From NCBI RefSeq assembly GCF_001194135.2, contig NC_068984.1:24260809-24324244 (forward strand): a stretch of 63,436 nucleotides of DNA, given 5' to 3'. This DNA is from Octopus bimaculoides (lineage: Eukaryota). Shown one piece after another: positions 11,916 through 25,049 of this stretch. The notes under the pieces are model-generated. The model was not told where the DNA came from and ran no database searches. It saw nothing but the letters and a program-made list of their open reading frames with translations. The stretch's first letter is position 1, and each line of letters begins with the position of its first letter. The position numbers and the translations under genes were made by a program.

Positions 11916-12129
11916 CTTTTACTTGTTTCAGTCATTTGACTGCAGCCATGCTGGAGCACCATCTTAAAGGTTTTTTTAGTTGAAATCGACCTCAAGACTT
12001 ATTCTTTGTAAGCCTAGTACTTGTTCTATTAGTCCTTTTTGCTGAACCACTAAGTTATGGGGGGCATAAACACATCAACATTGGTTGTCAAGCGAAGGTG
12101 GTGTGACAAACACAGATACAAATCCACAT

Positions 12130-12179
<50 letters not shown>
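11916..12179 (-). mobile_element. SINE family A 3' half running into (CA)n and a gap
   Basis: TTTTACTTGTTTCAGTCATTTGACTGCAGCCATGCTGGAGCACC is the antisense tail of family A. Confidence 0.8.
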
Positions 12180-12335
12180 NNNNNNNNNNNNNNNNNNNNN
12201 NNNNNNNNNNNNNNNNNNNNNNNNNNNNNNNNNNNNNNNNNNNNNNNNNNNNNNNNNNNNNNNNNNNNNNNNNNNNNNNNNNNNNNNNNNNNNNNNNNNN
12301 NNNNNNNNNNNNNNNNNNNNNNNNNNNNNNNNNNN

Positions 12336-12390
<55 letters not shown>

Positions 12391-15319
12391 TCTATATATA
12401 GAGGCACATATGCCAGCATGGAAAATGGACATCAAAGGAGGAAGAGGAAGTGGATGGTGATAGTGGTGGTGATGATGATGATGATGATGATATAAAACAT
12501 GTTATCCAATAAATTCAGGTGCCAAAATGGTAAATAATTTAGTAGTGAATAAAAAGACAATACAAAAGGATTAAAAAGGAAAAGATAGACAGTGGCCTAC
12601 AAATATTAAGGTAAAAGATTTGATAGTTTTAGTTATAATTCCAGAATATTCTTGATGTAAATACATAGCATGAATTTGCATATTTGTAGAAGTGCAGGCA
12701 TAGTTGTGTTCATTCACAACCATGTGGTTTTGAGTTCCATCTCACTATGTGACACCTTGAGTGTCTGCTACTATGGTTTCAATGTCTTATGAATGAAATT
12801 TAGTAGGTGGAAACTGCATGGAAGCCTGTGATATACACGTGTGTGTGTGTGTGTGTGTCTTTACACTGTCCTTATTTGAACAAAATCAATGACAATATTT
12901 TTGTCTCTCCTTAAGAATACGCCCCCAGAGCTCAGCATTTTCAGAGTACATGAAAGACAATGGAACAAAAATATCTCATTTGCAAAATAAGGGCAGGAGA
13001 CAGGACGGGTTTGTGGCCATAGAATATTATGTCAATAAGTCTCATGCAACCCATACCAGCATGGAAAAGAAAGAAAAGAGAAGGTAAAGGAGGGTACATC
13101 TTTTTTATGGTTTATATTATTTTTAATCTGTCATGTGTAACAGAAACAGTACTAGATTAAAATAGCTATCTGTGCATCATATTTAATGCATATACACCAT
13201 GAAGAGCCAAATTAACTGCAGTATTTCTCTGGAGATAATATCTCTTATGGATGCACTGAGTTAAATAACACAAATACATCACTATCAGATGATTAATGTC
13301 TAGCAGCAGAGGTGAGAATGCTAGATGTGCTTATCTGTTTCTATGGGCTTTGCCAGTAGCATATACTCACTGACAACCGTATCCAAAAACAAAATCCATC
13401 ATTGCTTGTATAGGAAAACAGTGACTGGAAAATCATTGATGTTACAATTAACCAACTGACAGTTGCCAGTGAGTACATGCAACTGACAAAGCTCAGAAAT
13501 GTGCCCCTAGCATTCTCACCACTGTTGCTGGACAATTTTTGCCTGCCATTCATATATTTGTGTTATTAAACACAGTATATCAATGACAGATATTATTACC
13601 ATATGAATACCACAGTTAAATTGGCTTTTTATGATATATGTGCATTAAGTTTGATACACAGCTATTATTTTTAACATTTACATTTAAATTGTGCATCATT
13701 CTCTCCTTCTTTCATCATCTTTACTGTGTGTCACTATCACTATACTAAGAACTTCACCCAATTATTTCCCTCTAATATTGCAGTCCTCAAGAATTCCTTC
13801 TCTGCCCGTATGCTTTCTGCAAAAATTCAAATTAGACATCAACCATATCGATCTACCTAATCTGGGGTTACATGAACAATAAAAGTTGGGTGCTACCTTC
13901 AAATAAACATACATTATAATGGATTCCTCTTACAAGAGTTCAGTACTGCAAGCTAGTGAAATATTCTTTAGTAAAATAGTGATGTACCAGTGATGTACCA
14001 TTTGATAGTTCATATTTACAGCCAAATGGCTTAGATTATTGAGAATTGATTCATCAAGTAGTAAGCTAGCACTCTCAGTAACTTAGCTAGCAACAACACA
14101 CAGTATTTCTTTCCAGTCTTTATGCAACATTATCAAATTCATTCAGCTTATATATTATTTATCCGTTTGACATTTAGTCAGAGATACAAATAAAAAAAAT
14201 CATTTAAATAAGCAATATTTTACAGCTTAACAATAATTATCTCTTGTTTACTGTAGAAATACTAATATGAAAGTAACTATTTTCTCTTTGAAACACTCAA
14301 GTTGTCATTCTTCATTTGTTTTTTGTCTTTGTTTTTGCTTGTTACTTTTTTTATTATTCATTCATTCATTCATTTATTTATTCATTCATTCATGCAAAGA
14401 TTTATGCCAAAATTACTGGCACATTCCCTCTCTTATCAATAAATAGAAGCAGCAAGCATTTGAAAACAAAGGTACAATGTACTAGAAGTACTTACAAATG
14501 ATAATGTTTTATAAATACTGCAATATTTACGGTAAAGTAAAGCAGTGATACATCAGTATCTATTTTTATAACAAGTGTGACTTTGTAAAATAGCTGGCTT
14601 CATGTCAACAAATAACATTTCATCTTTGAGAGGATAAACAACAAATAGTAGTTTATTTATTTTCTTATCATTATATCTGAGGAAGGACAGTAACACGACC
14701 TGCAATGGAAAGAGCAAGGTCTTTCCACTGAGAGTAGGAAATAACTAAAACAGATATAGTTAACAACAAAACATGTTAAGTTTGCTAAAGAAATTATAAA
14801 AAAACAAAAAACAAAAAAAGACTGAAATATCACAGCTAAGATAATCTAAACCTTATACATGATTATAGTTTAGAGGTGAAATTCTATGACTAATATGATT
14901 TTGTTTATTTCCCATCAAATCTATATGTTTATAAGTCACCTTACAAAGAGACTTATAAACATATGGTGACTTATAAAGATATGTACTAATAATAGATTCA
15001 AATTATGTACCCGTCAAACAGAAACTGACATGTGTTGACTAAAATATTTTAGGGAACTTTACTCTGGAGTGTTTGCCAGCCTTCCCTAACTGTAAAAAAA
15101 TCTTCCTAAAATTTGTTACATTTCAAAATTAAGTAAATTGAAGCAGGGAGCATGTAGGTTGATGTGTTCTGCTCTTCTGAGCAGAACACATTTACTGTAT
15201 TTACAGTAAATTTGAACTTGGAACAAACAAGCTGGTAATAAAATATTTCGTCCGTTCGATCATTTAAATTGAGAGGAATGTATGATAAGAAGAACATCTC
15301 TAACAACAATGTTAGTATG

Positions 15320-15560
15320 AGTCAAAAAGTGAGCCTCTAGAGATCGTTCGATTTGTTGGAATTAGCAGCCAAATCCCTCTCAGCTACTATTCTACCATCT
15401 TAAAAAGAAAGAAAGACAAATTGGATCATGTTGCCCTGCATGCATCATTTGAATAAGACAGGGTGGTCATGCTTTGAATGTCTTTGATCATAGGTTTACT
15501 CAAGGAGGAGGAAGAGGGAAAGAAGAAGAAGAAAAGCAATAACAACAACAGCAACAACAG
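15320..15560 (+). mobile_element. Diverged copy of an (AAC)n-tailed interspersed repeat (probable LINE 3' end, family T)
   Basis: AGCAGCCAAATC..ACCATCTTAAAAAG..TTTGATCATAGGT is shared with 57125-57430 and with the antisense copy at 37780-37960. Confidence 0.55.
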
Positions 15561-15850
15561 CAACAATTTTACAACTTCTTAAGATATTTTAAAGTCTTGT
15601 GAACTTCATTTTACTACAAGTCTCTGAAACATGAAGTTTCTCTTAAATTTCAATCAAAAAGAACAGGATTAATAGTTAAATTGATTTCTTAGAGAAAAGG
15701 TTCCATAAATTGAAAATCATTGAACATTTTAAACAGAAATCCAGTTAACAGTATATAGAAATTGAAGGAAAATTATGAAAGTAAACCAATAACTCATGTG
15801 TGTGTAACATATATATATATATATATATATATGCATATGTATATATACAG

Positions 15851-15883
<33 letters not shown>

Positions 15884-18283
15884 TGCATATGTATATATAC
15901 AGATATATACATATNNNNNNNNNNNNNNNNNNNNNNNNNNNNNNNNNNNNNNNNNNNNNNNNNNNNNNNNNNNNNNNNNNNNNNNNNNNNNNNNNNNNNN
16001 NNNNNNNNNNNNNNNNNNNNNNNNNNNNNNNNNNNNNNNNNNNNNNNNNNNNNNNNNNNNNNNNNNNNNNNNNNNNNNNNNNNNNNNNNNNNNNNNNNNN
16101 NNNNNNNNNNNNNNNNNNNNNNNNNNNNNNNNNNNNNNNNNNNNNNNNNNNNNNNNNNNNNNNNNNNNNNNNNNNNNNNNNNNNNNNNNNNNNNNNNNNN
16201 NNNNNNNNNNNNNNNNNNNNNNNNNNNNNNNNNNNNNNNNNNNNNNNNNNNNNNNNNNNNNNNNNNNNNNNNNNNNNNNNNNNNNNNNNNNNNNNNNNNN
16301 NNNNNNNNNNNNNNNNNNNNNNNNNNNNNNNNNNNNNNNNNNNNNNNNNNNNNNNNNNNNNNNNNNNNNNNNNNNNNNNNNNNNNNNNNNNNNNNNNNNN
16401 NNNNNNNNNNNNNNNNNNNNNNNNNNNNNNNNNNNNNNNNNNNNNNNNNNNNNNNNNNNNNNNNNNNNNNNNNNNNNNNNNNNNNNNNNNNNNNNNNNNN
16501 NNNNNNNNNNNNNNNNNNNNNNNNNNNNNNNNNNNNNNNNNNNNNNNNNNNNNNNNNNNNNNNNNNNNNNNNNNNNNNNNNNNNNNNNNNNNNNNNNNNN
16601 NNNNNNNNNNNNNNNNNNNNNNNNNNNNNNNNNNNNNNNNNNNNNNNNNNNNNNNNNNNNNNNNNNNNNNNNNNNNNNNNNNNNNNNNNNNNNNNNNNNN
16701 NNNNNNNNNNNNNNNNNNNNNNNNNNNNNNNNNNNNNNNNNNNNNNNNNNNNNNNNNNNNNNNNNNNNNNNNNNNNNNNNNNNNNNNNNNNNNNNNNNNN
16801 NNNNNNNNNNNNNNNNNNNNNNNNNNNNNNNNNNNNNNNNNNNNNNNNNNNNNNNNNNNNNNNNNNNNNNNNNNNNNNNNNNNNNNNNNNNNNNNNNNNN
16901 NATATGCTATACACATGTTTTTACATATGTATTAAAAGAAATCTATAGTATGAAGTTAAATAGGTTAATCAATAGATAAAGATAACATTTTGATAATGAC
17001 TGTTGTATTAAATTATAGAGTATCAAAAAGAAAATTTTATGAAGAAATGAAGAACTTTTGCTGAAAAAGTAACTGGTGCATTTATTTTCATGTCTTCTTT
17101 CTCCCTCCTTCCTCTCTCTTTGTTCTTACTCTCTCTATCTCTACCTCTCTCTCCCCGACTCCGTTATTCTCTCAAAATTGCTCCTCTTTTTCATGTTTCT
17201 CTCTGCAGGTGGTAAATTGACAGAAGCATTTAAGCATGATGCATCAAATGAAATGAATTGTGGTATTCTTTCTGGCACTTTGCATTTTGTGTTCAACTCC
17301 TGTTGAGGTCATCTTTGCCTTTAATCCTTTCTGGAGCTAATAAATAAAATATCAGTGTATGGCCGTGAAGTGGGAAATATTGTTAAGAATACCAGATGAG
17401 ATGCCTTACAATATTTGTTCCACCGTTTAATTTTCTGAGTTCCGATCTTGTTGTGGTCATCTTGGCTGGTAGACTTAATCTGTCATCAGTTTAACACCAT
17501 CACCGGGTCCCTCCTCTGTTGTAAGCATTTGGTTAAGATTCTGTTTTAAGGATACCTTCTTCTCTCTTCTTTCTCTCTTCAGTCTCAGAGGCTCTGAAAG
17601 GAGCTGTAAGCACTGACCTTTCTAAACGACAAAAAATGCGTGTATGCGTGTTTGTGTCTGTATGTGCTTGTACGTGTGTCTTCTGTGTGTTTCTATGCAT
17701 ACAAAAGCACAAAGCACTAACACCAATGTCAAAACGAAGTCAATGATACAGAAATGAGGGGTTTATGAAGTGTTTTGGTTTATTTTAGTTTTATTTTTTC
17801 CTAGTTTACACCAAAATATTGGATATATATTTGAGGGTGCCACCTGGACACCTCATATCCACAACCTCTCTCTTTACACATAAACACACACACACACACA
17901 CACTTCAGCTCATTAATATGTTTTTATGGCTGTGTTTGTGAACTGGAACTATGGACTTCGGATAGTGTCAAAATTGAAATAGCCGGAAATTCTATATTTC
18001 GATGTACATTCTGACTATTTATGACATCTATTTTTCAATAAGGGTTTCTTTATAAGAGCTGAACATAAGTATTACCATAGGGACAAAAAAAAAAAAAAAA
18101 AAAAAAAATCAAGCTAGCCAAATCAATTCTATTGAACAAAAAGTCCATCATTCATATTGCATCATATGCACAATTCTGAGTTTGTAGCCAATCTACATAA
18201 CATTTTGCTGGCTCTGTGAAAGGTCAACAAGCAATTGTTGTGATATTGAGGTGTTTTCTTGAAAAGGAAAATATCTAAAAATA

Positions 18284-18799
18284 CACCTTCTCCTTGACTT
18301 ACGACCAAGTTCCGTTCCAATTGACTGATCGTAAGTCAATCTGGTTTTATGTTACATTTATATTTTTCAACACTATTTTCATTCAAACACATTATAAAAA
18401 TATAAAAGCAAAATTTAATCCATAATTAGTACATAATGTGAGAAATACACAATATGTGCTCTATTGTACTGTAAACAAAAATACAATCTAAAATTAATGA
18501 AAAAATTAATACAAATGAAATTCTGCATGAATATAATAAAAAAATTGTTCCTGTGGAAAAAGTGCAATTGAAGATGAATTTTTAATACTCAGTCATGTTC
18601 TTGGATTGAGGTGGATGGTTTTTCAAGGAACGTGGTGAGCTTTGCTTGAATAGTTTTTTCTTCTTTTTTTGTCATATATCTTACAATAACAATGCACAGC
18701 ATCTTGAATGATGCATTCAACCTTTGCTAAGTGTTCAACTTTTCTGTGGCCGTAAGTGTGGATGGTCGTAAGTTGCATAGGTTGTAAGTCAAGAAGGCG
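18284..18799 (-). mobile_element. Tigger/pogo-like internal-deletion element with transposase C-terminal remnant
   Basis: TA-flanked inverted ends (..CTTGACTTACGACC and GGTTGTAAGTCAAG..). The minus strand reads VEHLAKVECIIQDAVHCYCKIYDKKEEKTIQAKLTTF, resembling the Tigger C-terminus (KVxxxIxDAxxCYxxIYxEKKxxxxQxxLxxF). Confidence 0.75.
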
Positions 18800-19130
18800 T
18801 ATACATATTCTGTATTGATGTCTCAGTTAACAACACCTCAACAACTTACAATATGCGGCTGAAAAAGAAGACATACAACAGCCGCCTAAACCCACACAAC
18901 TGCTGGGCTTGTCAGCAACTAACACATGTGAGATATTTTGAAAAACATGGAAGATATTATCAAGAGCATATTTAACATACATATATGCCATGATATTCAT
19001 TTTTGCCTTATTTCTTGGTAGTATTGTACAATGTATGGCACAAAGACAACTGCATCCATTATATGAATTTATATATGAATATATATAATTACATATGCAT
19101 ATATAATTACACACACACACACCTCACATA

Positions 19131-19190
<60 letters not shown>

Positions 19191-19480
19191 TTAATGTCTA
19201 CTTTCCATGCTGGCATGGATTGGACAATTTGACAGAACTGGTCAGCTGATGAGGTGTCCAGGTTCCTATTGTCTGTTTTGCCATGGTTTCCACGGCTGGA
19301 TGCCCTAATGCCAACCATTTCACAGAGTATATTGAGTGCATTTTACATGGTACTGGTGTAGGTGCTTTTACATGGTGCCAGCATGAGTGCTTTTATGTGG
19401 CACCAGCACAAGTGCTTTTATGTGGCACCAGCACAAGTGCTTTTAATGTGACACCAGCACCTGTGAGTCCTCAAGTGAAG
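19131..19480 (-). mobile_element. RTE LINE 3' tail (family R) with long (ATC)n and 25-bp tandem array
   Basis: (ATC)n 19131-19190, TTCCATGCTGGCATGG, GGATGCCC..; unit GTGCTTTTATGTGGCACCAGCACAA repeated exactly twice plus degenerate copies. Confidence 0.8.
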
Positions 19481-19549
19481 GACCTCATAGCTGAGAGAGG
19501 GACATAGGGGACATACCTGTATACATATATATATATCATCATCATCACG

Positions 19550-19553
<4 letters not shown>

Positions 19554-19632
<79 letters not shown>
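19554..19632. repeat. (TA)n microsatellite
   Basis: Seen directly; similar tracts at 1-29, 20358-20443, 33098-33165 and next to most gaps. Confidence 0.98.
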
Positions 19633-19633
<1 letters not shown>

Positions 19634-19734
19634 GGTATGTTAAGATCCAGTTGAATTAGGTGCTTAAATTGAGGTACCAAGCCAGTTCAGTATAGTCCGC
19701 ACAACTCGAACTTAGGTGAATAAAAAGCAAATAA

Positions 19735-20122
19735 GTAACAAGGAAGTCCAGGTATCGATGCATTACGGCTGTTTCAAGCAGCTCTATTTAATCTATTAAT
19801 GCAAACATTACATTAATTTGAAATAAAATGTTCTCCTCAGAGCAGATGACCATATAGATTTCCAATATAAAGGATAAACCATTTTTTAGCGCAATTTACA
19901 TCAGTACTAGAAACCAAACACTTACATTGCTTCCCTTTACTATGCTTTGGTTTTTAGTGCTGATGTAAATTGTACTAAAAAATGGTTCATCTTTCATATT
20001 GGAAATCTATATGGTCATCTGAGGAGAGCATTTTCTTTCAAATTGATGTAATGTTTGCATTGATCGATGAAATGGCTGCTTGAAACAGCCGCAATGCATG
20101 GATACCAGGACATCCTTGTTAC
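19735..20122. repeat. Long fold-back element, about 180-bp imperfect arms and short spacer
   Basis: GTAACAAGGAAGTCCAGGTATCGATGCATTACGGCTGTTTCAAGCAGC pairs with GCTGCTTGAAACAGCCGCAATGCATGGATACCAGGACATCCTTGTTAC; pairing continues through GATGACCATATAGATTTCCAATAT / ATATTGGAAATCTATATGGTCATC to near 19917/19947. Confidence 0.92.
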
Positions 20123-20149
20123 ATATACATATTTGCTTTATATATATAT

Positions 20150-20354
20150 ATCATCATCATCATCATCATCATCATCGTTTAACGTCCGCTTTCCATGCTA
20201 GCATAGGTTGGATGATTTGACTGAGGAGTGGTGGAACCCGAAGGCTACACGAGGCTCCAATCTGATTTGGCAGAGTTTCTACAGCTGGATGCCCTTCCTA
20301 ACGCCAACCACTCCGAGAGTGTAGTAGATGCTTTTACGTGCCACCCGCACAAAG

Positions 20355-20357
<3 letters not shown>
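20150..20357 (-). mobile_element. RTE LINE 3' tail (family R), CpG-retaining, probably young
   Basis: (ATC)n-GTTTAACGTCCGCTTTCCATGCTAGCATAGG..CAGCTGGATGCCCTTCCTAACGCCAACC. Confidence 0.8.
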
Positions 20358-20450
<93 letters not shown>

Positions 20451-21612
20451 AATGTATATGTATATAAGCATATATATATAATTGTATTAACAATTTGAAT
20501 CAGGTTCACATAATGTAAAGTTTCACAGAAGAGAAAGAGACACACTTGATCACACAGACACTTGGATGCTTGCTTCTGAATATGCATATATCTTTTTGCT
20601 GAATCACTGAGATATGGGGACATAAATAAACCAACACCAGATGTCAAAGAGTGGAGAGATAAACATAAACACATGCATGTATACACACACTTACATATAT
20701 ATAATGGATTTCCACAGTTTCCGCCTTCAAAATTCATTGACAAGATACCTGTAAGCTCAGTACTACAACAGAAGATACTCGCTCAAGGCAATATGCTATG
20801 GGACTAAAGCTAAAACCACATGATTATGAACTTCTTAACAACACAGCCATGAGTAAATTCGACTAAATAGAATTGCTTACCCACTTTTCCAATGTTCAGT
20901 ACATATTTTTCAAGCTTATTACTAACATACACATACACATATATATTCACATATGGTTTGACAGGATCTGGCAAGCCACATGCCTGTACTGAGCTTCAAT
21001 GTCAGCATTGGCATGTTTTCTATGACTGGATGCCTTTCCTGATGCCAAATACTTTACAGTGTGTACTGAGGTGCTTCTTTTTTTCTTCATACCATCTGTA
21101 CTAGTTTCTGTCTTGTAACCTACTTTTTGTACTTACTAGTGCTAGTGGCATGAAAAAAATCACCCAGTACACATCATAGGGTGGTTAGCATTAGGAAGGG
21201 CATCCAGCTATAGAAAACATGTCAAACCATCCAACCCATGCCAGCATGCAAAACAGAGATGGATGATGATGGTGGTGGTTTCATGGCAGTGACGATGATG
21301 ATGATAAAAAACACACATTTAACATGAAGATAGACCAATATAACCAAAATTTATTTGTTAATACTCTTAAGATCCATGCAGGAAATATCTACAGATTCAA
21401 CAACAACATCTCCAGCTGATATAGGGATGGAATCTGGCCAAAAGAAATGTCTATACTTGGTAGTAGAATGTGGCAAAAATTACTTTCAAAGCCAAAAATA
21501 TTCACACTAATGGCCTTTCTCCTCTCCTTCTATACACCACATGCTACAATTATTAAAAAGATGTTGTGAAATAAAGTAGAGTGACCAACATTATTATTAT
21601 AACAGACTTGAT

Positions 21613-21820
21613 AAGGCAGTGAACTGGCAGATTTGCTAGCATGCCAGACAATATGCTTTGTGATACTTCATATGTTCTGAGCTCAAATTCCACTGAGGTC
21701 AACTTTGCCTTTCATCCTTTCAGGGTAATAAGTACCTGTCAAGTACCAGGGTTGATGTAATTGACTTTTTCCTACCCTCAAAAACTGCTGGTCCTGTACC
21801 AAAATTTGAAGCCATTATAC
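21613..21820 (+). mobile_element. SINE family B
   Basis: AAGGCAGTGAACTGGCAG head; TTCTGAGCTCAAATTCC..TTTGCCTTTCATCCTTTCAGGG core. Confidence 0.75.
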
Positions 21821-21941
21821 CAGACTTGAAAAATTATATTCATCCAAGTCATCCCAGAGTTCAGCTACAGTATGAAATTCTGTTACCATCAGCATTTGGG
21901 ATACTAAATTAGATATGTAAAGAAAATTCATTCCAGTGATC

Positions 21942-22158
21942 TTCTTTTCTACTCTAGGCTCAAGACCAGGAATTTTTGGAGAGGGGGGCCAGTCAATAAG
22001 ATCGATCCCAGTATGCAACTAGTATTCAATTTATCGACCCCGAAAGGATGAAAGGCAAAGTCGACCTCAGCAGAATTTGAACTCAGAACGTAAAGACAGA
22101 TGAAATACCGCTAAGCATTTTGCCTGGCATGCTAATGTTTCTACCAGCTCACTGCCTT
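21942..22158 (-). mobile_element. SINE family B, near full length
   Basis: Antisense: TTCTTTTCTACTCTAGG..ATCGACCCCGAAAGGATGAAAGGCAAAGTCGACCTC..GAATTTGAACTCAGAACG..CCAGCTCACTGCCTT. Confidence 0.85.
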
Positions 22159-22339
22159 TCATTCCAGTGATATTAAAATCCTGGAATATTTGTACATAAA
22201 CTGGAAGATTCCACAGAAATAGAGACACCAACAAAAAATGTAATGATATGCAGTTTGGTTCATAGGGGGAGGGGGAGGGGGAGAGTAATGTAATGCATGG
22301 TGGTGATGGTAGGGAGATTAATGTAACAAAGATTACATC

Positions 22340-22600
22340 CATCATCATCATCGTTGTTGTTGTTGTTTAGCATCCACTTTTCCATGCTTGCATGGGTCAG
22401 ACCGAATTTGTTAAAGCAGATTTTCTACAGCTGGAGACCCTTTCTGTCACTAACTCTCACCTGTTTCCAAGCAAGATAATATCTCCCCATGATCAAATAT
22501 GTTCTTCACTGAAGATTGGAAATGAATATCATTGCTGGTATGATATTGATGCTCACTTACAATCATCACGTGATGTCAAGTCAAGGCTATACACAATCAC
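22340..22600 (-). mobile_element. RTE-type 3' tail variant (CCTGTTTCCAAGCAAG subtype)
   Basis: TTTCCATGCTTGCATGGG..CACCTGTTTCCAAGCAAG; related copies at 34350-34470, 35340-35560, 48480-48720 and 49100-49370. Confidence 0.7.
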
Positions 22601-22939
22601 ACTTACACACACACATGATGGGCTTGGGCTTCTTTTAGTTTCCATGTATCAAATTCACTAACAAGGTTTTGATCAGCCCTGGCCTATAGTAGAAGACACT
22701 TGCCCAAGGTACTACATAATGCAGTTGAATCCAGGCCATATGATGAAGAAGCTAGCTTCTTAAACACACCCCAATACTTGTGCCTAAATTAAATTATAAT
22801 TAGTAATTAATGAAATATAATGCAAGTATTGAGTATTGGCAAAACAACGATCATCCCCCTTTTAATTGCTTTAATATGTTATTTCAGAACTGAAGTAACA
22901 TATTGAATTAGATTCATACTTAAGCATGTGTTCACATCT

Positions 22940-22983
<44 letters not shown>

Positions 22984-23056
22984 NNNNNNNNNNNNNNNNN
23001 NNNNNNNNNNNNNNNNNNNNNNNNNNNNNNNNNNNNNNNNNNNNNNNNNNNNNNNN

Positions 23057-23125
<69 letters not shown>

Positions 23126-25049
23126 CAAATAGTTATTTAAAAGAGTGCTTTATTGATTATAATATGAAGTATAAGTATTTTGAGATCAAGTGATGCTTTT
23201 TTTATGATTTTAAGATTTTAAAACTCATGATCACCCATCTCATGGAAATATGAAAAATATATTCTAAATACAAAATAAGAAGCATGAAAAAAACAGAGAT
23301 TCAAACATGAATTATTTTCATTTATTATATATTCTGCCAGAAGCAATTTATTCAATTTTTAAAAAACTTTTTTGTATAGTAGTATTATTATTACTCCCAG
23401 AATCAGGAAGCCATTTCAAAAATAAATAAAAAAAAAGTTTAAAATCTATAAAATCATATTAATTGAAAATTGCTTGAGAAGTAATTTGAAAAATGTAAGC
23501 ACACTGTCAAAAATACTTATGATACCTTGGAAATTCTATATTTATAACACATGTTAAATAAAATAAGTTACATATCTAGAAGAAGTCAAAGGTTTACCAA
23601 CAAAATACTGTTAAATTGTTATCAATATCTTAAATGCAGAGGAAAAAAAAAAAGAATCCTAGTTCTCTTATGAGTGAATTGCAAATTTCTAATAACAAAA
23701 ATAAATTCTAGGTTGGACTTGATGTTTTTTTTATTCATCTTCTGTCAATACTATGTCAATGTATTTAATATTTGAATATTGATTTTTGTAAAACTATAGG
23801 CACAATGCCTCAGATTTATCAGGGGAAATTAGATTATGTGGCATTCTTGCCTTTCTTAAGAGCATAAATGACAATGGCTCCAGTCAAGAATCAAAACTCA
23901 ACTGCAGATGTGGCATGTCTAGAGGAGCTTATCTTTTCAATACATTGCATGTCACAATACAACATTAATAAGAGAGACACACACACGCTATAGCATACAA
24001 CATATATTATAATTTCATCAACTGTATAGTAAAATAATGATATTCTTGAAACCATATTTTTCTTCTGGGAATTCTTAAAGCGCCAGCTACATTATAATAG
24101 ACTGAATAAATGAAGTTATTTTATATAGGCCAACACAAATGTGGATGTTAAATTCATTAAATATCCTACACAGCCAACATCCTAACAGCAAACAGCCAAG
24201 TGAAATCTTTTTATCTTTCAGTCAGAATTTGAGCTGAAACAAATGAAGCCATTTATATGAAAGATAGTATTATAAATTCTCACTAAATTAATATTCATTG
24301 TAATTAATATTTATTGTAAAATTGAGTCAGATTTATCCACACAGACTTATAGACATGTTATGTTCACTTGACAATTTATTGCAACATTAAGTAGTAAAAT
24401 ATATCCTGAACGAACAGTGTCATGCATTATATTCTTCTAAATGATGAAAATATAATTCTGCCAATACTGCTGTCATTGTCATCATCCTCATCATCACCAT
24501 CACTACCACTGTTTTTATGTTTGCTTTTCCCATGCTGCTATGGGTTGGCTGAGACTTTTTTTGAGGGAATATTCTGCAGCCAGATGAAGCTCTTCAAAAT
24601 GCTAATCCTTACTTGTAAATCAACTAAGGTTTCTTATACCATGTCTTAAAATACAAAACTACTGAGCTGCAGGACATATTGTTTACGTCAGACATAAACA
24701 AATATTTACAGCAGCCCAAATGGTCTATATGTGAACACACACGCTCACACACGCACGCGCGGCATGCTTCCGTACAATTTCCGTTTACCAAATTTTATTC
24801 ACGAGGCTTTGGATAACCCAAAGCCCTAGCAGAAAATACATGGCCAAGATGTCATACAATGGAATCAAACTCAAAACCACATCGATAAAATTAATTTATC
24901 TGCAGGTCCATGTGCTTGCAACACACATGCACGCATGCACATCCGTACACACACACATATAATGAACTATATCATTGTTTTGCATGTAACTTTAATGTTC
25001 ATTCAAGTATAAGTTTATTCCATAGCCCAATGAAGTTAAAAGTATACAT

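Noticed and set aside
17209-17350. Strong plus-strand acceptor CTCTCTGCAG followed by an ORF
   Set aside because: The downstream sequence is a decayed family B SINE and the pyrimidine tract is (CT)-rich low complexity.
19340-19470. CRISPR-like array
   Set aside because: Units are directly adjacent with no unique spacers, lie in a LINE 3' UTR, and no cas genes are present.
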